From contig JBDRJN010000033.1 in NCBI GenBank assembly GCA_043814965.1, forward strand, positions 1,379-65,378: a DNA stretch of 64,000 bases. The letters run 5' to 3'. Below are positions 32,911-43,411 of the stretch, piece by piece. The position numbers were made by a program, and so were the translations under genes. Within the stretch, counting starts at the first letter, position 1. Each line of letters opens with the position of its first letter. The DNA is from Candidatus Omnitrophota bacterium (GTDB taxonomy: Bacteria > Omnitrophota > Gorgyraeia > Gorgyraeales > Gorgyraeaceae). The notes beneath the pieces were generated by a model, which worked only from the letters and a program-made list of their open reading frames with translations, had not been told where the DNA came from and did not search any database.

Positions 32911-32978
32911 TTTTATACGTCTATATAAATATATATAGTTACTATATATAATACATATGAGAAAGGAGAATTTTTGGC

Positions 32979-33347
32979 ATGCACAAGATACTGATCATCG
33001 ATGATGAAGAGACATTGCTTGCTAATATAGGAGATTTTTTAAAGGCAAGGGGTTATGAGGTATTGATATCCGGCAATGGAAAAGATGGAGTAGAGATAAT
33101 AAAATCAGAGAACCCGGAGCTCTTGTTATTGGACCTACACCTTAAAGAAGGGCCTACGGGCATACAGATATTAAGAGTTGCAAAGACAATAAACCCGGAT
33201 CTAAAGGTAATAGTGCTTACAGGATTTGGTGAAGAAGAGGACGCAAGAAAAGAGTGCATCTCTTTAGGCGCGAGTAATTTTATGAGTAAACCTGCATCTT
33301 TACGAGAATTAATAGAGATCATAGAGAATCTCTTCAAGGAGGCGTAA
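32979..33347 (+). CDS. Single-domain response regulator
   Basis: ILIIDDE, LLLDL (phospho-Asp), LTG, SKP. Confidence 0.92.
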   Translation: MHKILIIDDEETLLANIGDFLKARGYEVLISGNGKDGVEIIKSENPELLLLDLHLKEGPTGIQILRVAKTINPDLKVIVLTGFGEEEDARKECISLGASNFMSKPASLRELIEIIENLFKEA

Positions 33348-33595
33348 TGACCAAAGACAACGATACGACAAAAGAAGATTTTCACGCTGTAAACAATTGG
33401 CTTAATAAGATAACGACCCAATCTGGTATGACTAGGTATAATCTGGAGAAAAATGGATTTGATCCTAGCAGGCTGGAAGAGGAAAAAGAAAATATCATAA
33501 AACTCTTGGATGATGTAGAAGGTTATGCGCTTGAGGTAGGCAGGATACTAAAAGGCATAAGACAATCTATTGCAAAATCAAAGAGTATAGTTTAA
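33347..33595 (+). CDS. Small helical protein with an H-box-like motif (possible stand-alone DHp/phosphotransfer domain)
   Basis: Translationally coupled (TAATG) with GGAGG RBS. FHAVNNWL resembles the HisKA H-box. Confidence 0.6.
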   Translation: MTKDNDTTKEDFHAVNNWLNKITTQSGMTRYNLEKNGFDPSRLEEEKENIIKLLDDVEGYALEVGRILKGIRQSIAKSKSIV

Positions 33596-33599
33596 ATCT

Positions 33600-34424
33600 A
33601 TGGGCAAAAGTATACTTATAGTAGAAGATGAGAGAAATATTGCGCTGGTCCTAAGGGACCTCTTTGTATCTCAAGGTTACGATGTAGATGTCGCTTTTAC
33701 TGGAAAAGATGCAAAGATGTATCTGGAGAACAAGGCATTTGACCTGGTCTCTTTGGATATCGAGATCCCGCAGGTAAACGGCATAGAGCTTCTAAAGTTC
33801 GCAAAGAGTAGATTCCCGCACATAAAGACAGTGGTCCTTAGCGGTTTTCTGGAAGAATATAAAAGTGAACTGGACAAGATAGGGTATGACGCTTTCTTGA
33901 GTAAACCTTTTTCTATCAATACGCTTGTAAAGGTGGTCAATGACACTCTCCTAGGGAAAGAAAAAGACAAGAAGAATCCATCGGTACTCATAAATAATAA
34001 AGATATATTTGCAAAAGCAAAGTTACTTTTTATAGAGCCTAATGAAATAATGTACGGCCCTAAGGCAGAATATTTTAGCGACGAAAAACGTTCGAGAGGA
34101 AGCTATGAGATCAGGGCCTCTTATACAGACAAAGAGGTATTAGAAGCGCTGGAAAGCTTTAAGCCGGATATCGTATTAAGCAATACCAGCATGTACAGGC
34201 TCTATAATTTTTCAGAGAAGTTTTCAAAGTCACCTTATCCGCCTAAAGATGTGATACTGTATGGCCTTTCCGGGTCTATGAGCCTGACAGGGCTCAAGAA
34301 CACATCTTTTTTGGATGGTTTTTTTGACCCTATAACAGCTGTAGTTATGCCAAAAGAGATGGATAAACTCGGGAAACTGGTACGTAGTACTGCGATAGTA
34401 CATGACCTGTACATAAAGATTTGA
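33600..34424 (+). CDS. Response regulator with a second, degenerate receiver-like domain
   Basis: N-terminal VEDE, LDIEIP and SKP. C-terminal LLFIEPN...KPDIVLSN. Confidence 0.8.
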   Translation: MGKSILIVEDERNIALVLRDLFVSQGYDVDVAFTGKDAKMYLENKAFDLVSLDIEIPQVNGIELLKFAKSRFPHIKTVVLSGFLEEYKSELDKIGYDAFLSKPFSINTLVKVVNDTLLGKEKDKKNPSVLINNKDIFAKAKLLFIEPNEIMYGPKAEYFSDEKRSRGSYEIRASYTDKEVLEALESFKPDIVLSNTSMYRLYNFSEKFSKSPYPPKDVILYGLSGSMSLTGLKNTSFLDGFFDPITAVVMPKEMDKLGKLVRSTAIVHDLYIKI

Positions 34425-34429
34425 GGAAC

Positions 34430-35563
34430 ATGGGTAAAATTAAGATAAAAAATAGAAGAGATAAAAAGATCCCTTATGAAGACATATTGACCAAGGCTAG
34501 CAGGGGTATGGTGCTTATCAAGGATATGGATAGGCTCTTAAACCTTATTGCCAGGATAGTAAAGATGCATGTAAAGGTGAGGAGCGTTGCTATATTCCAG
34601 CATGATCACGCAAGAGACGAGTTCGTATTAAAATCCCGCAGGGGAGAAAACAAGGATCTGGCATATTGTAATATAGTAAACGACGATACGTTAGTGAGGT
34701 TTTTAAAAAAGACAAAAAAAGGGTTCCTGGCAGATAAAGTATCTTCCAAAGAGATCTCAATGGATAGATTGAAAGAACTTAAATGCTCTCTTTGTATACC
34801 TAGCTTTTGGAGGAAAGACCTCCTGGCATTTTTAATATTGGGAGAAAAACTTTCCGGAGAAACATATTCCCTGAAAGAAGTAAGGCTTTTGACCGCGCTT
34901 TCAGATGAGGTTGCTATTGCTATAGAGAATGCCAGGAATGTTACAGAGCTTGAGCGATTGAGAGAGAGGGAAAGAAGGAACTATTTTGAGACAGTCCTGG
35001 CTCTTGCAAGGACTGTGGATGAAAAGGATTCTTATACAAGAGGCCATCTTGATACTGTCGCTAAGTATGGCATAGAGCTGGCAAAAGAACTGGTAGCCAT
35101 AGGCAAGATAGAGCTAGATATGGAAGAACTCAAGATATCACTTCTCTTACACGATATAGGCAAGATCGGGATACCCGACGCTCTTTTAAATAAGAACGGA
35201 AAACTTACCGATGAGGAATATTCTGTCATGAAACAACACTCCGAGATAGGTGAAAGGATCGTCAAACCCATCTCAAGATTAAAAAATGTCAGTAAGATCA
35301 TAAGGCATCACCAGGAACGATATGATGGATTGGGATATCCTGATGGCCTGAAAGGCGATGATATACCTCTTTCTTCCAGGATAATCGCAGTAGTGGATTC
35401 TTTCCATGCTATGATATCAGACAGGCCTTATAGGAAGGCTTTGCCGAATGAGGCTGCTTTGAAGGAATTGATAGATAATAAAGATAAGCAGTTCGATCCT
35501 ATAGTCGTAGATGCATTTATGAGGGCTTGGGAAAAGGGCAAAATAGTAAACAGTAATCAGTAA
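34430..35563 (+). CDS. GAF + HD-GYP cyclic dinucleotide phosphodiesterase
   Basis: GAF-end AIAIENAR; YTRGH, LLHDIGKIG, HHQERYDGLGYPDGL, RPYR, QFDP. Confidence 0.9.
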   Translation: MGKIKIKNRRDKKIPYEDILTKASRGMVLIKDMDRLLNLIARIVKMHVKVRSVAIFQHDHARDEFVLKSRRGENKDLAYCNIVNDDTLVRFLKKTKKGFLADKVSSKEISMDRLKELKCSLCIPSFWRKDLLAFLILGEKLSGETYSLKEVRLLTALSDEVAIAIENARNVTELERLRERERRNYFETVLALARTVDEKDSYTRGHLDTVAKYGIELAKELVAIGKIELDMEELKISLLLHDIGKIGIPDALLNKNGKLTDEEYSVMKQHSEIGERIVKPISRLKNVSKIIRHHQERYDGLGYPDGLKGDDIPLSSRIIAVVDSFHAMISDRPYRKALPNEAALKELIDNKDKQFDPIVVDAFMRAWEKGKIVNSNQ

Positions 35564-35583
35564 TCAGGGACAGGAGATAATAT

Positions 35584-36795
35584 ATGAAATATATAGTCTT
35601 AGTAGGAGACGGGATGGTAGATAGGCCGATAAATGAACTTGATGGTAAGACTCCTTTGGAAGTAGCCAAGACACCCAATATGAATTTTATTGCAGAAAAA
35701 GGCAGGATAGGCCTTACCAATATGATCCCGAGGCGATTAGCTCCTGCGAGTGATGTTGCAAATCTTTCTATCCTGGGCTACAACCCTCATAAATACTATA
35801 CTGGAAGAGGCCCTTTGGAGGCTGCAAATATGGGTATAGATATTAGGGGCGATGATATAGCCTTTAGATGCAATCTTGTCACTGTCTCCGATGATAAGAT
35901 GGTAGATTACAGCGCTGGCCATATATCTACGAAAGAAGCACATTCTATAATCAATGAATTAAATAAAAAACTAGGTACCAGGGATATGAGATTTTACGGG
36001 GGTGTCAGCTATAGGCATTTGGCGGTCTTTAACCAGAAAGATGAAGGCCTGTTAAAGGAACTTTCAAAGGTCAAATGCACTCCTCCGCATGATATAGCGG
36101 GAAAAAAGATCAATAGGTATCTGCCTAAAAAAGGTGACCAGGCAGATTTTTTAACTAACCTGATGTATAGGTCGAGAGATATACTTTTAAATCATGAAGT
36201 AAACAGGGTCAGGGTTGACTTAAGGGAGAACCCGGCAAATATGATCTGGCTTTGGGGCCAAGGCGTAAAGCCTTCTATGCCTAAATTCAAGGAACTCTAT
36301 AAAGTAGAAGGGTCTATCATATCAGCAGTGGACCTGATAAAAGGTATTGGAAAGATCATAGGCCTAGAGGTCATAGATGTGCCAGGGGCTACGGGATATT
36401 ATGATACTAATTACCTGGGCAAGGCTGAATATGCTATCAGGTCTTTAAAGGAAAGGGATTTTGTATTTGTGCATGTAGAAGCGCCTGATGAAGCAGGGCA
36501 TAACGGAGACTTAAAAGAAAAGATAAGGGCAATAGAGAACTTTGATAAGTTTGTAGTCGGCACAATGCTTGAACATTTTAAATCTAGCAAAGAGGAATTC
36601 AGGATGCTTGTCCTCTCGGATCATGCTACGCCATTAGCTTTGAGGACGCACTCCAGGGATTATGTGTGTTTTGAGATGTACGGCACTGATATAGAGCCTG
36701 ATGATTCAATGTATTTTAATGAGAATGAAGCCCGCCAGTCGAAATTTAAGATAGATAAGGGTTATGAATTGATGGAATTTTTTATAGGCGGTTAA
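35584..36795 (+). CDS. apgM: Cofactor-independent phosphoglycerate mutase (ApgM family)
   Basis: GDGM.D, SDVAN, GRGPLEA, EAPDEAGH, DHATP. Confidence 0.9.
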   Translation: MKYIVLVGDGMVDRPINELDGKTPLEVAKTPNMNFIAEKGRIGLTNMIPRRLAPASDVANLSILGYNPHKYYTGRGPLEAANMGIDIRGDDIAFRCNLVTVSDDKMVDYSAGHISTKEAHSIINELNKKLGTRDMRFYGGVSYRHLAVFNQKDEGLLKELSKVKCTPPHDIAGKKINRYLPKKGDQADFLTNLMYRSRDILLNHEVNRVRVDLRENPANMIWLWGQGVKPSMPKFKELYKVEGSIISAVDLIKGIGKIIGLEVIDVPGATGYYDTNYLGKAEYAIRSLKERDFVFVHVEAPDEAGHNGDLKEKIRAIENFDKFVVGTMLEHFKSSKEEFRMLVLSDHATPLALRTHSRDYVCFEMYGTDIEPDDSMYFNENEARQSKFKIDKGYELMEFFIGG

Positions 36796-36847
36796 AAGGC
36801 CAGGCATAGGCATCAAGGCATGTTAGTCTTAGAGAGAGTCACAAAAA

Positions 36848-38773
36848 ATGGTTAATTTTTTTAAAAAATATCCCGGAATATCCGTAATATCTATTATTTA
36901 CGCTATTGCATTCCTCTTGATCCAGAAGATCCCGGATATCCTTATCAATGATTCATGGGCCTATGCCAAGATCGCAAAATATTTTTTAGAGACTGGCACG
37001 ATCAGATTTATAGGGCTAGGAGCCATGAGCCTATTGTCACATATATTATGCGGGGCATTTTTCTGTAAGATACTCGGGTTTTCTTTTATGGCCCTTAATT
37101 TGTCCACATTTATATTGAGCATGTTGGCAAATATTATTTTTTATTTGATCATAAAAGAACTGGATTTTTCTGAACCAAAGGCGAGCCTTTCGAGCCTTTT
37201 ATTGATAGTAAACCCAATATTTTTTGTAACTTCATTTACATACATGACTGATGTGCCGTTTATATGCTGGATGCTTCTGGGAGTTTTTTTCTATTTACGG
37301 TCTTTGAGAGAGGAAGGGAGCATAGATCTATTTTTAGGAAGCCTATTTTGTGTTTTTGCGTCTTTGGTAAGGCAGAATGGAGTGCTTGTACCATTAGGGG
37401 TACTTGTGTTCTACTTGTTGGATCCGAAACACAGAAAACGCTTGAGCCTTTCAAAGATATTTATATTGGCAGTGTTCCCTATAGCTATTATGGGGATATA
37501 TATATATTGGCAAAGTCAAAAGCCAAACGTCGACAAACTGCACCTTTCTCTTAATTCACCTCAAGACTTAATATTTATCTTAAACTACGCAGCGCTTTTT
37601 TGCGCTCCTTTAATATTGGCTTATTTAATTGATATAAAAGAGATCTATAAGAACATATTCAAGAGGTATCCTGGTATTTGTAGTGTTTCTGCAACTGTAG
37701 TTTTCCTTAGCGCTATTACAGCTGTCGGCATTGCTACAGGCAAAAAAATGATGCCTTATTATGGTATGTGGGTCACTAAATATGGAGTATTCTTCGATTC
37801 TATGCTCGCCGGCAGCCGCAGGATAATTATCTCTGATCTTGCCTGGGCATGTATAACCGCGATCACTGCAATTTGTTCCGCGGTATTTTTAATCTTTATA
37901 GTCTTAAGGATCAAAGGGATATTGGATGGTTTTAAAGGTAAGGCAAAAGGCATATTTTTATATATAGGTATATTTTCCATATTAGCTTCATTCTTATTGA
38001 TAATCGGGAGGAAATGGATATTTAGTATATATACACTTTGGTATGGCTATCTATATGATGCCGGGCATGTAAAAAGAAGTTTTGACCTGAATTTTTTTAG
38101 GATCCTTAATATACATAATGCTTTATTATCCTGGCTTTTAATAACAGGATGTGTTTTGTTGATCTACTTTCTATGGTTACGGATGCCCTTAGATAAAAAG
38201 TCTACTACACCGGAAAATACCAGTAAATCAATTCCTCCTTATGTGCTAGTATGTTTAGTAACACTTTTTCAGCTTGGATTTATTCTTGTCATGAGGGGGA
38301 TCACAGATAGATATTTAATAATATTTATCCCAGGCGCAGTTATCTTTATCTTAGAAGTTACAAGAAACCTTAGATTTTCAAAACCTATATTTATAATAGG
38401 GCTCTTAATATTTTTTTTATACTCAGTTATAATCAGCGAGGATACATTTAAATGGAATAAAGCCAGCTGGGATATGGGGGAGTCATTGTTAAATAAAAAT
38501 GTGCCTATTAATAAAATTGATAGCGGTTATGCATGGAATGGATGGCATTACAGTAAGCTTATTATCAACGAACCTTATGAATACCTTACTCCAAGATCGC
38601 ACAAACCCCTCCCTTTTTATTTAAGAAGCATGTTTTATGATATAGACAATGAATATGTCGTGTCTTTTTCTCCTTTGGAAGGTTATAGTAATATAGAGAT
38701 ATCGGAGTATGAGAGTATTCTATCGCATCTTACGCGCAAGAAAAATATTATTTATCTATTGCGGAGAATTTAA
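36848..38773 (+). CDS. GT-C fold (ArnT/PMT-like, family 39/83) membrane glycosyltransferase
   Basis: NDSWAY first loop, MTDVPF, RQ motif, about 13 TM segments, DRYL. Confidence 0.7.
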   Translation: MVNFFKKYPGISVISIIYAIAFLLIQKIPDILINDSWAYAKIAKYFLETGTIRFIGLGAMSLLSHILCGAFFCKILGFSFMALNLSTFILSMLANIIFYLIIKELDFSEPKASLSSLLLIVNPIFFVTSFTYMTDVPFICWMLLGVFFYLRSLREEGSIDLFLGSLFCVFASLVRQNGVLVPLGVLVFYLLDPKHRKRLSLSKIFILAVFPIAIMGIYIYWQSQKPNVDKLHLSLNSPQDLIFILNYAALFCAPLILAYLIDIKEIYKNIFKRYPGICSVSATVVFLSAITAVGIATGKKMMPYYGMWVTKYGVFFDSMLAGSRRIIISDLAWACITAITAICSAVFLIFIVLRIKGILDGFKGKAKGIFLYIGIFSILASFLLIIGRKWIFSIYTLWYGYLYDAGHVKRSFDLNFFRILNIHNALLSWLLITGCVLLIYFLWLRMPLDKKSTTPENTSKSIPPYVLVCLVTLFQLGFILVMRGITDRYLIIFIPGAVIFILEVTRNLRFSKPIFIIGLLIFFLYSVIISEDTFKWNKASWDMGESLLNKNVPINKIDSGYAWNGWHYSKLIINEPYEYLTPRSHKPLPFYLRSMFYDIDNEYVVSFSPLEGYSNIEISEYESILSHLTRKKNIIYLLRRI

Positions 38774-38845
38774 GCATCAGGAAGACGCTTAAATTCTTAT
38801 TTTGCTCTTAAAACCGGGTACTCGTAGCAAAATTGGGAAGAAGTA

Positions 38846-40456
38846 ATGAATTCGTTAGTCATCATCTTAATCTCAGCTTTATTTTTGGTCATGGGATATG
38901 TGTTTTATGCCAGGATCATAGAAAGATTATTCGATATAGATCCTGGCAGAGAGACGCCCGCGCATACTTATTATGACGGGATAGATTATGTGCCGTGTAA
39001 AAATTGGCTGATACTTTTTAGCCATCATTTCGCAAGTATTGCCGGAGCAGGCCCGATAGTAGGCCCGATAATAGCAGTGGGTATATGGGGATGGTACCCT
39101 GCTTTATTATGGATAATATTCGGGACCATATTTATAGGGGGTGTCCATGATTTTGCATCTATTATCATATCTGTCAGGTATAGGTCCCGCTCAATAGCTG
39201 ATATAGCAGAAAGTGTGATATCAAAAAGATCTAAATTGATATTTTTAGGGTTTGTCTGGCTTGCGCTTATACTTGTAATAGCCGTGTTTACGTCTATATC
39301 TGCAAAGACGCTTACTGCTGAACCGACTACCGTGATCCCGTCCTTTGGGCTTATAGCCATCGCTTTAATATTCGGATTTTTACTCCATAAGCTTAAGTTG
39401 AATATCTTGATATCTACACTTATTAGTTTAGCGCTCTTGGTATTCTCGATCGTATTGGGAGGGATAAATCCTATTACATTCGGGAACGACCCTTATTTAT
39501 TATGGTGTGTTGTGCTTTTAGTGTATGCATTCTTTGCGTCAACTACTCCCGTACATATCTTGCTTCAGCCAAGAGATTATATATCTAGTTTTTTGCTTTA
39601 TTTTGGTATCATCGTAGGGGTGTTAGGCATCATTATTACCAGGCCGGATATTAACACTGCTTCTTATGCGGGCTGGAATCCTGGCAACTCAGGGTGGTTA
39701 TGGCCAATGCTTTTTGTGACAATAGCTTGCGGGGCGAACTCAGGGTTTCATTCACTGGTCGCAAGCGGCACTACCTCAAAACAGCTCAGTAATGAAATAT
39801 TTGCAAAGCGCATCGGATACGGGGGTATGGCATTGGAAGCATTTTTAGCAGTATTAGCGCTTATCGCAGTTACAGCAGGCCTTTCTCAAGGGGCTTTAAA
39901 GGGTATGCTTTCAAAAGGAGGGGATGGCCCTATAAGCGCGTTTGGCGTTGGGTTCGGAGTATTGACCTATCCGATCCTAGGGGGAAAGGGCCAGGTAGTA
40001 GCAATAATGATATTGAATGCTTTTGTCTTGACTACCTTGGATACAGCTACTAGAATATGCAGGTATTTATCAGAAGAACTTTTTAAAATAAAGAATAGAT
40101 TCTTTTCGACGTTTGTGGTAATATTTACAAGTGGATTATTGGCCTTGAGCGGCAAGTGGAGTAGTATCTGGCCTATATTCGGCGCTAGCAACCAATTGGT
40201 AGCGGCGTTTACTTTTATAGTAATATCAAGCTGGCTATTGTGTAAAGGTAAGACCATAAGATATACATTATTACCAGTTGTGTTTATGCTCATAACATCT
40301 TTGGGCGCATTGGCATACAAACTAGCCAGTTTTATAAAAACGCACAATATCATTCTTAGTATATTATCAGTCGTACTTATAATAATGTCGATCTTGATGG
40401 TCTTGGATGTCTTTGATTCAGTTAAAAAGAGGAAAATATCATGCCCAAGTCTTTGA
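38846..40456 (+). CDS. cstA: Carbon starvation protein A family transporter
   Basis: TPAH..DG.DY, HHFASIAGAGPIVGP, IACGA.SGFH, WPIFGASNQL. Confidence 0.92.
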   Translation: MNSLVIILISALFLVMGYVFYARIIERLFDIDPGRETPAHTYYDGIDYVPCKNWLILFSHHFASIAGAGPIVGPIIAVGIWGWYPALLWIIFGTIFIGGVHDFASIIISVRYRSRSIADIAESVISKRSKLIFLGFVWLALILVIAVFTSISAKTLTAEPTTVIPSFGLIAIALIFGFLLHKLKLNILISTLISLALLVFSIVLGGINPITFGNDPYLLWCVVLLVYAFFASTTPVHILLQPRDYISSFLLYFGIIVGVLGIIITRPDINTASYAGWNPGNSGWLWPMLFVTIACGANSGFHSLVASGTTSKQLSNEIFAKRIGYGGMALEAFLAVLALIAVTAGLSQGALKGMLSKGGDGPISAFGVGFGVLTYPILGGKGQVVAIMILNAFVLTTLDTATRICRYLSEELFKIKNRFFSTFVVIFTSGLLALSGKWSSIWPIFGASNQLVAAFTFIVISSWLLCKGKTIRYTLLPVVFMLITSLGALAYKLASFIKTHNIILSILSVVLIIMSILMVLDVFDSVKKRKISCPSL

Positions 40457-41670
40457 TAGTGCAAAAATACGGCGGCAGCTCAGTAGCAAACATAGATAAG
40501 ATAAAAAATGTAGCCAATAGAGTCGCTAGATATCATAAAAAAGGCCATTCTCTTGTAGTCGTGGTATCTGCGTTGGGGGATACCACTGATGAACTTCTGG
40601 AATTAGCCAGCGGTATAACGGAGACTCCTAGCGATAGAGAACTTGATATGCTTATATCTACTGGGGAGCAAGTATCTGTAGCGCTCTTAGCAATGGCTAT
40701 GCATAAATTAAATATAGATGCTATATCTTTTACAGGGGCCCAGGTCGGGATAATGACCGATGGGACCTATACAAAAGCTAGGATCGTAGGAATAAGCGCT
40801 GATAAGATCAAGAGAGAATTAAAAAGAGGAAAAGTAGTTATAGTAGCTGGATTCCAGGGGATCAACCTGGACCAGGAGATCACCACGCTTGGAAGAGGCG
40901 GAAGCGATATTACGGCTGTTGCGCTTGCAAAGACACTTGATGCAGAGATGTGCGAGATATATACTGATGTCGAAGGGGTGTATACAGCTGATCCAAGGCT
41001 GGTCAAAGACGCCAGAAAGCTTTCTTGTATAAGTTATGAAGAGATGCTGGAGTTGGCTTCTTTGGGGGCTCAGGTCATGCAGGCGAGATCCATGGAGGTA
41101 GCCAAAAAATTTTCAATACCATTACATATAAGGTCTAGTTTTAGTAATAAAAATGGAACTATTATCTCTAAGGAGGTCAAGGCCATGGAAGAAGTCTTAG
41201 TCAGCGGCGTTACAATGAATAAAGGAGAAGCAAAGGTCACTATATGCGATGTACCTGATAAACCTGGTATTGCAGCATTAATATTCAAAGAGATATCAAA
41301 GAAGGGCATAAATGTAGATATGATCATACAGAATATCTCAAGGACAGGTTGTACAGACCTTTCTTTTACAGTGCCTTTATCGGATCTTTTTAAGACAAAA
41401 GATGCTGCGGATAATATACAAAAGCAGGTCAAGGCCAAGGGTGTTATATATAATCGCGATATTGCCAAGATCTCTATAGTAGGAGTGGGCATGAAGTCCC
41501 ATTCAGGCGTAGCAGCAAGGATGTTTGATTGCCTTGCAGCTAACAAGATAAATATAGATATGATCTCTACATCAGAGATAAAGATATCATGCGTGATCAA
41601 CAAGATCCACGCTGAGAAGGCTGTAAAGGCTATACATAAGGCATTTAAGTTAGGAAAGAAAAGTAAATGA
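40441..41670 (+). CDS. lysC: Aspartate kinase
   Basis: QKYGGSSV, TTLGRGGSD, two ACT domains. Confidence 0.95.
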   Translation: MPKSLIVQKYGGSSVANIDKIKNVANRVARYHKKGHSLVVVVSALGDTTDELLELASGITETPSDRELDMLISTGEQVSVALLAMAMHKLNIDAISFTGAQVGIMTDGTYTKARIVGISADKIKRELKRGKVVIVAGFQGINLDQEITTLGRGGSDITAVALAKTLDAEMCEIYTDVEGVYTADPRLVKDARKLSCISYEEMLELASLGAQVMQARSMEVAKKFSIPLHIRSSFSNKNGTIISKEVKAMEEVLVSGVTMNKGEAKVTICDVPDKPGIAALIFKEISKKGINVDMIIQNISRTGCTDLSFTVPLSDLFKTKDAADNIQKQVKAKGVIYNRDIAKISIVGVGMKSHSGVAARMFDCLAANKINIDMISTSEIKISCVINKIHAEKAVKAIHKAFKLGKKSK

Positions 41671-41726
41671 TAAATCCGAAATTCAAAGCATCAAGTTTAA
41701 AACATTAGAATTTCGAATTTGTTTAG

Positions 41727-41746
41727 CTTGTCTACCGGCAGGCAGG
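41727..41746. repeat. Degenerate CCTGCCTGCCGGCAGGCAGG palindrome inside TTTCGNN heptamer repeats
   Basis: CTTGTCTACCGGCAGGCAGG (17/20), followed by TTTCGGG TTTCGTA TTTCGAA. Confidence 0.65.
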
Positions 41747-41832
41747 GATTTCGGGTTTCGTATTTCGAATTTGATCAGTTTGTACCTTGTTTCTTAGTTA
41801 TCGGTTATTTCATAAGAAGAATGGAGTGAGAT

Positions 41833-43401
41833 ATGCGTGATGTTAAATTATATGACACTACATTAAGGGATGGTTCTCAGGGCGAGGGTATTTCCTTATC
41901 TGTAAATGATAAAATAAGGATAGCCAAAAGGCTGGATTCTCTAGGGGTGCATTATATAGAAGGCGGCTGGCCGGGTTCAAATCCTAAAGATGCGGAGTTT
42001 TTTAAAGAGATCAAGAACACTAAGTTTAGGAATTCCGAGATAGTGGCCTTTGGCAGCACTCGCCGCGCTAAGATATCCCCCTCTAATGACCAGAATATAA
42101 AGGCGTTCTTAAAGTCAGGCGTAAAGACAGTCGCGATATTTGGCAAGACGTGGGACTTGCATGTCAGCGAAGTATTGAATGTATCTCTCGAGGAAAACCT
42201 TAGCATGATCAAGGATTCAGTAGAGCATCTTAAATCAAAGAAGATGACTGTGTTCTATGACGCGGAGCATTTTTTCGATGCTTATATAAGCAATAAAGAA
42301 TATGCTATGGAGACCTTGCATGCTGCTAAAAATGGAGGGTGCGATGCCATAATATTGTGCGATACAAATGGCGGCATGGTCACATACGAACTGGGTATTA
42401 TCACTAGAAGCATATGCAATGAGTTTGATGTACCTATAGGCATACATACCCATAATGACAGCGGTATGGCTGTTGCCAATAGCGTTGCAGCTGTAGAATC
42501 AGGCGTTAACATGGTGCAGGGTACTATAAATGGATATGGTGAGAGGTGCGGAAACGCTGACCTATGTGTCATTATCCCGAATCTTCAGCTAAAGATGGGT
42601 TACAAGTGCCTGAAGGATTCTAAATTAAAAGAACTTACAGAGGTCTCAAGATATGTAAGCGAGATATCCAATATGAAACAACAGGATAATCAGCCTTTTG
42701 TAGGTAGATCCGCTTTTGCCCACAAGGGTGGGGTACATGTAAATGCAGTCATGAAAAATCCCAGGACATATGAGCATATAGAACCAGCTATAGTGGGTAA
42801 CCATAGAAGGATATTGATATCCGAACTGTCCGGAAAGACAAGTATCATATTAAGGGCAAAAGAGATGGAACTGGACCTTTCCAAGGACGACCCAAAGACC
42901 AGGAAGATACTAAAACTCATCCAGAACCTGGAGAATCAGGGTTATTATTTTGAGGCTGCAGACGGGTCATTCGAGGTCCTGATGAAAAGGGCTTTGAAGA
43001 AATATAAGCCATATTTTACATTTCAGGGTTTTAATGTGAATATTGAAAAGAGGCTGGATAATATGCTGATCTCAGAAGCTACTATAAAATTAAAGGTTAA
43101 TAAAAAGATCGAACATACTGTAGCTGAAGGCGATGGCCCTGTAAATGCGCTTGATAATGCGTTAAGGAAAGCGCTTAATAAATTCTATCCTACCTTGAGC
43201 CAGATGCATCTATCTGATTTTAAAGTAAGAGTGCTTGATGAAAAAGCAGGTACTGCAGCAAAGGTAAGGGTGCTCATACAATCGCAGGATGAAAGATCAT
43301 CCTGGGGCACTGTAGGGGTATCTGAAAATATCATAGAAGCCAGCTGGCAGGCGCTTGTAGATAGCGTAGAGTATAAACTTTTAAAAGATAAGGCAAAATA
43401 G
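41833..43401 (+). CDS. cimA: Citramalate synthase
   Basis: DTTLRDGSQ, IEGGWPGSNPKD, YDAEHFFD, GERCGN, HKGGVH. Confidence 0.9.
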   Translation: MRDVKLYDTTLRDGSQGEGISLSVNDKIRIAKRLDSLGVHYIEGGWPGSNPKDAEFFKEIKNTKFRNSEIVAFGSTRRAKISPSNDQNIKAFLKSGVKTVAIFGKTWDLHVSEVLNVSLEENLSMIKDSVEHLKSKKMTVFYDAEHFFDAYISNKEYAMETLHAAKNGGCDAIILCDTNGGMVTYELGIITRSICNEFDVPIGIHTHNDSGMAVANSVAAVESGVNMVQGTINGYGERCGNADLCVIIPNLQLKMGYKCLKDSKLKELTEVSRYVSEISNMKQQDNQPFVGRSAFAHKGGVHVNAVMKNPRTYEHIEPAIVGNHRRILISELSGKTSIILRAKEMELDLSKDDPKTRKILKLIQNLENQGYYFEAADGSFEVLMKRALKKYKPYFTFQGFNVNIEKRLDNMLISEATIKLKVNKKIEHTVAEGDGPVNALDNALRKALNKFYPTLSQMHLSDFKVRVLDEKAGTAAKVRVLIQSQDERSSWGTVGVSENIIEASWQALVDSVEYKLLKDKAK

Positions 43402-43411
43402 GTCTCCCGCC

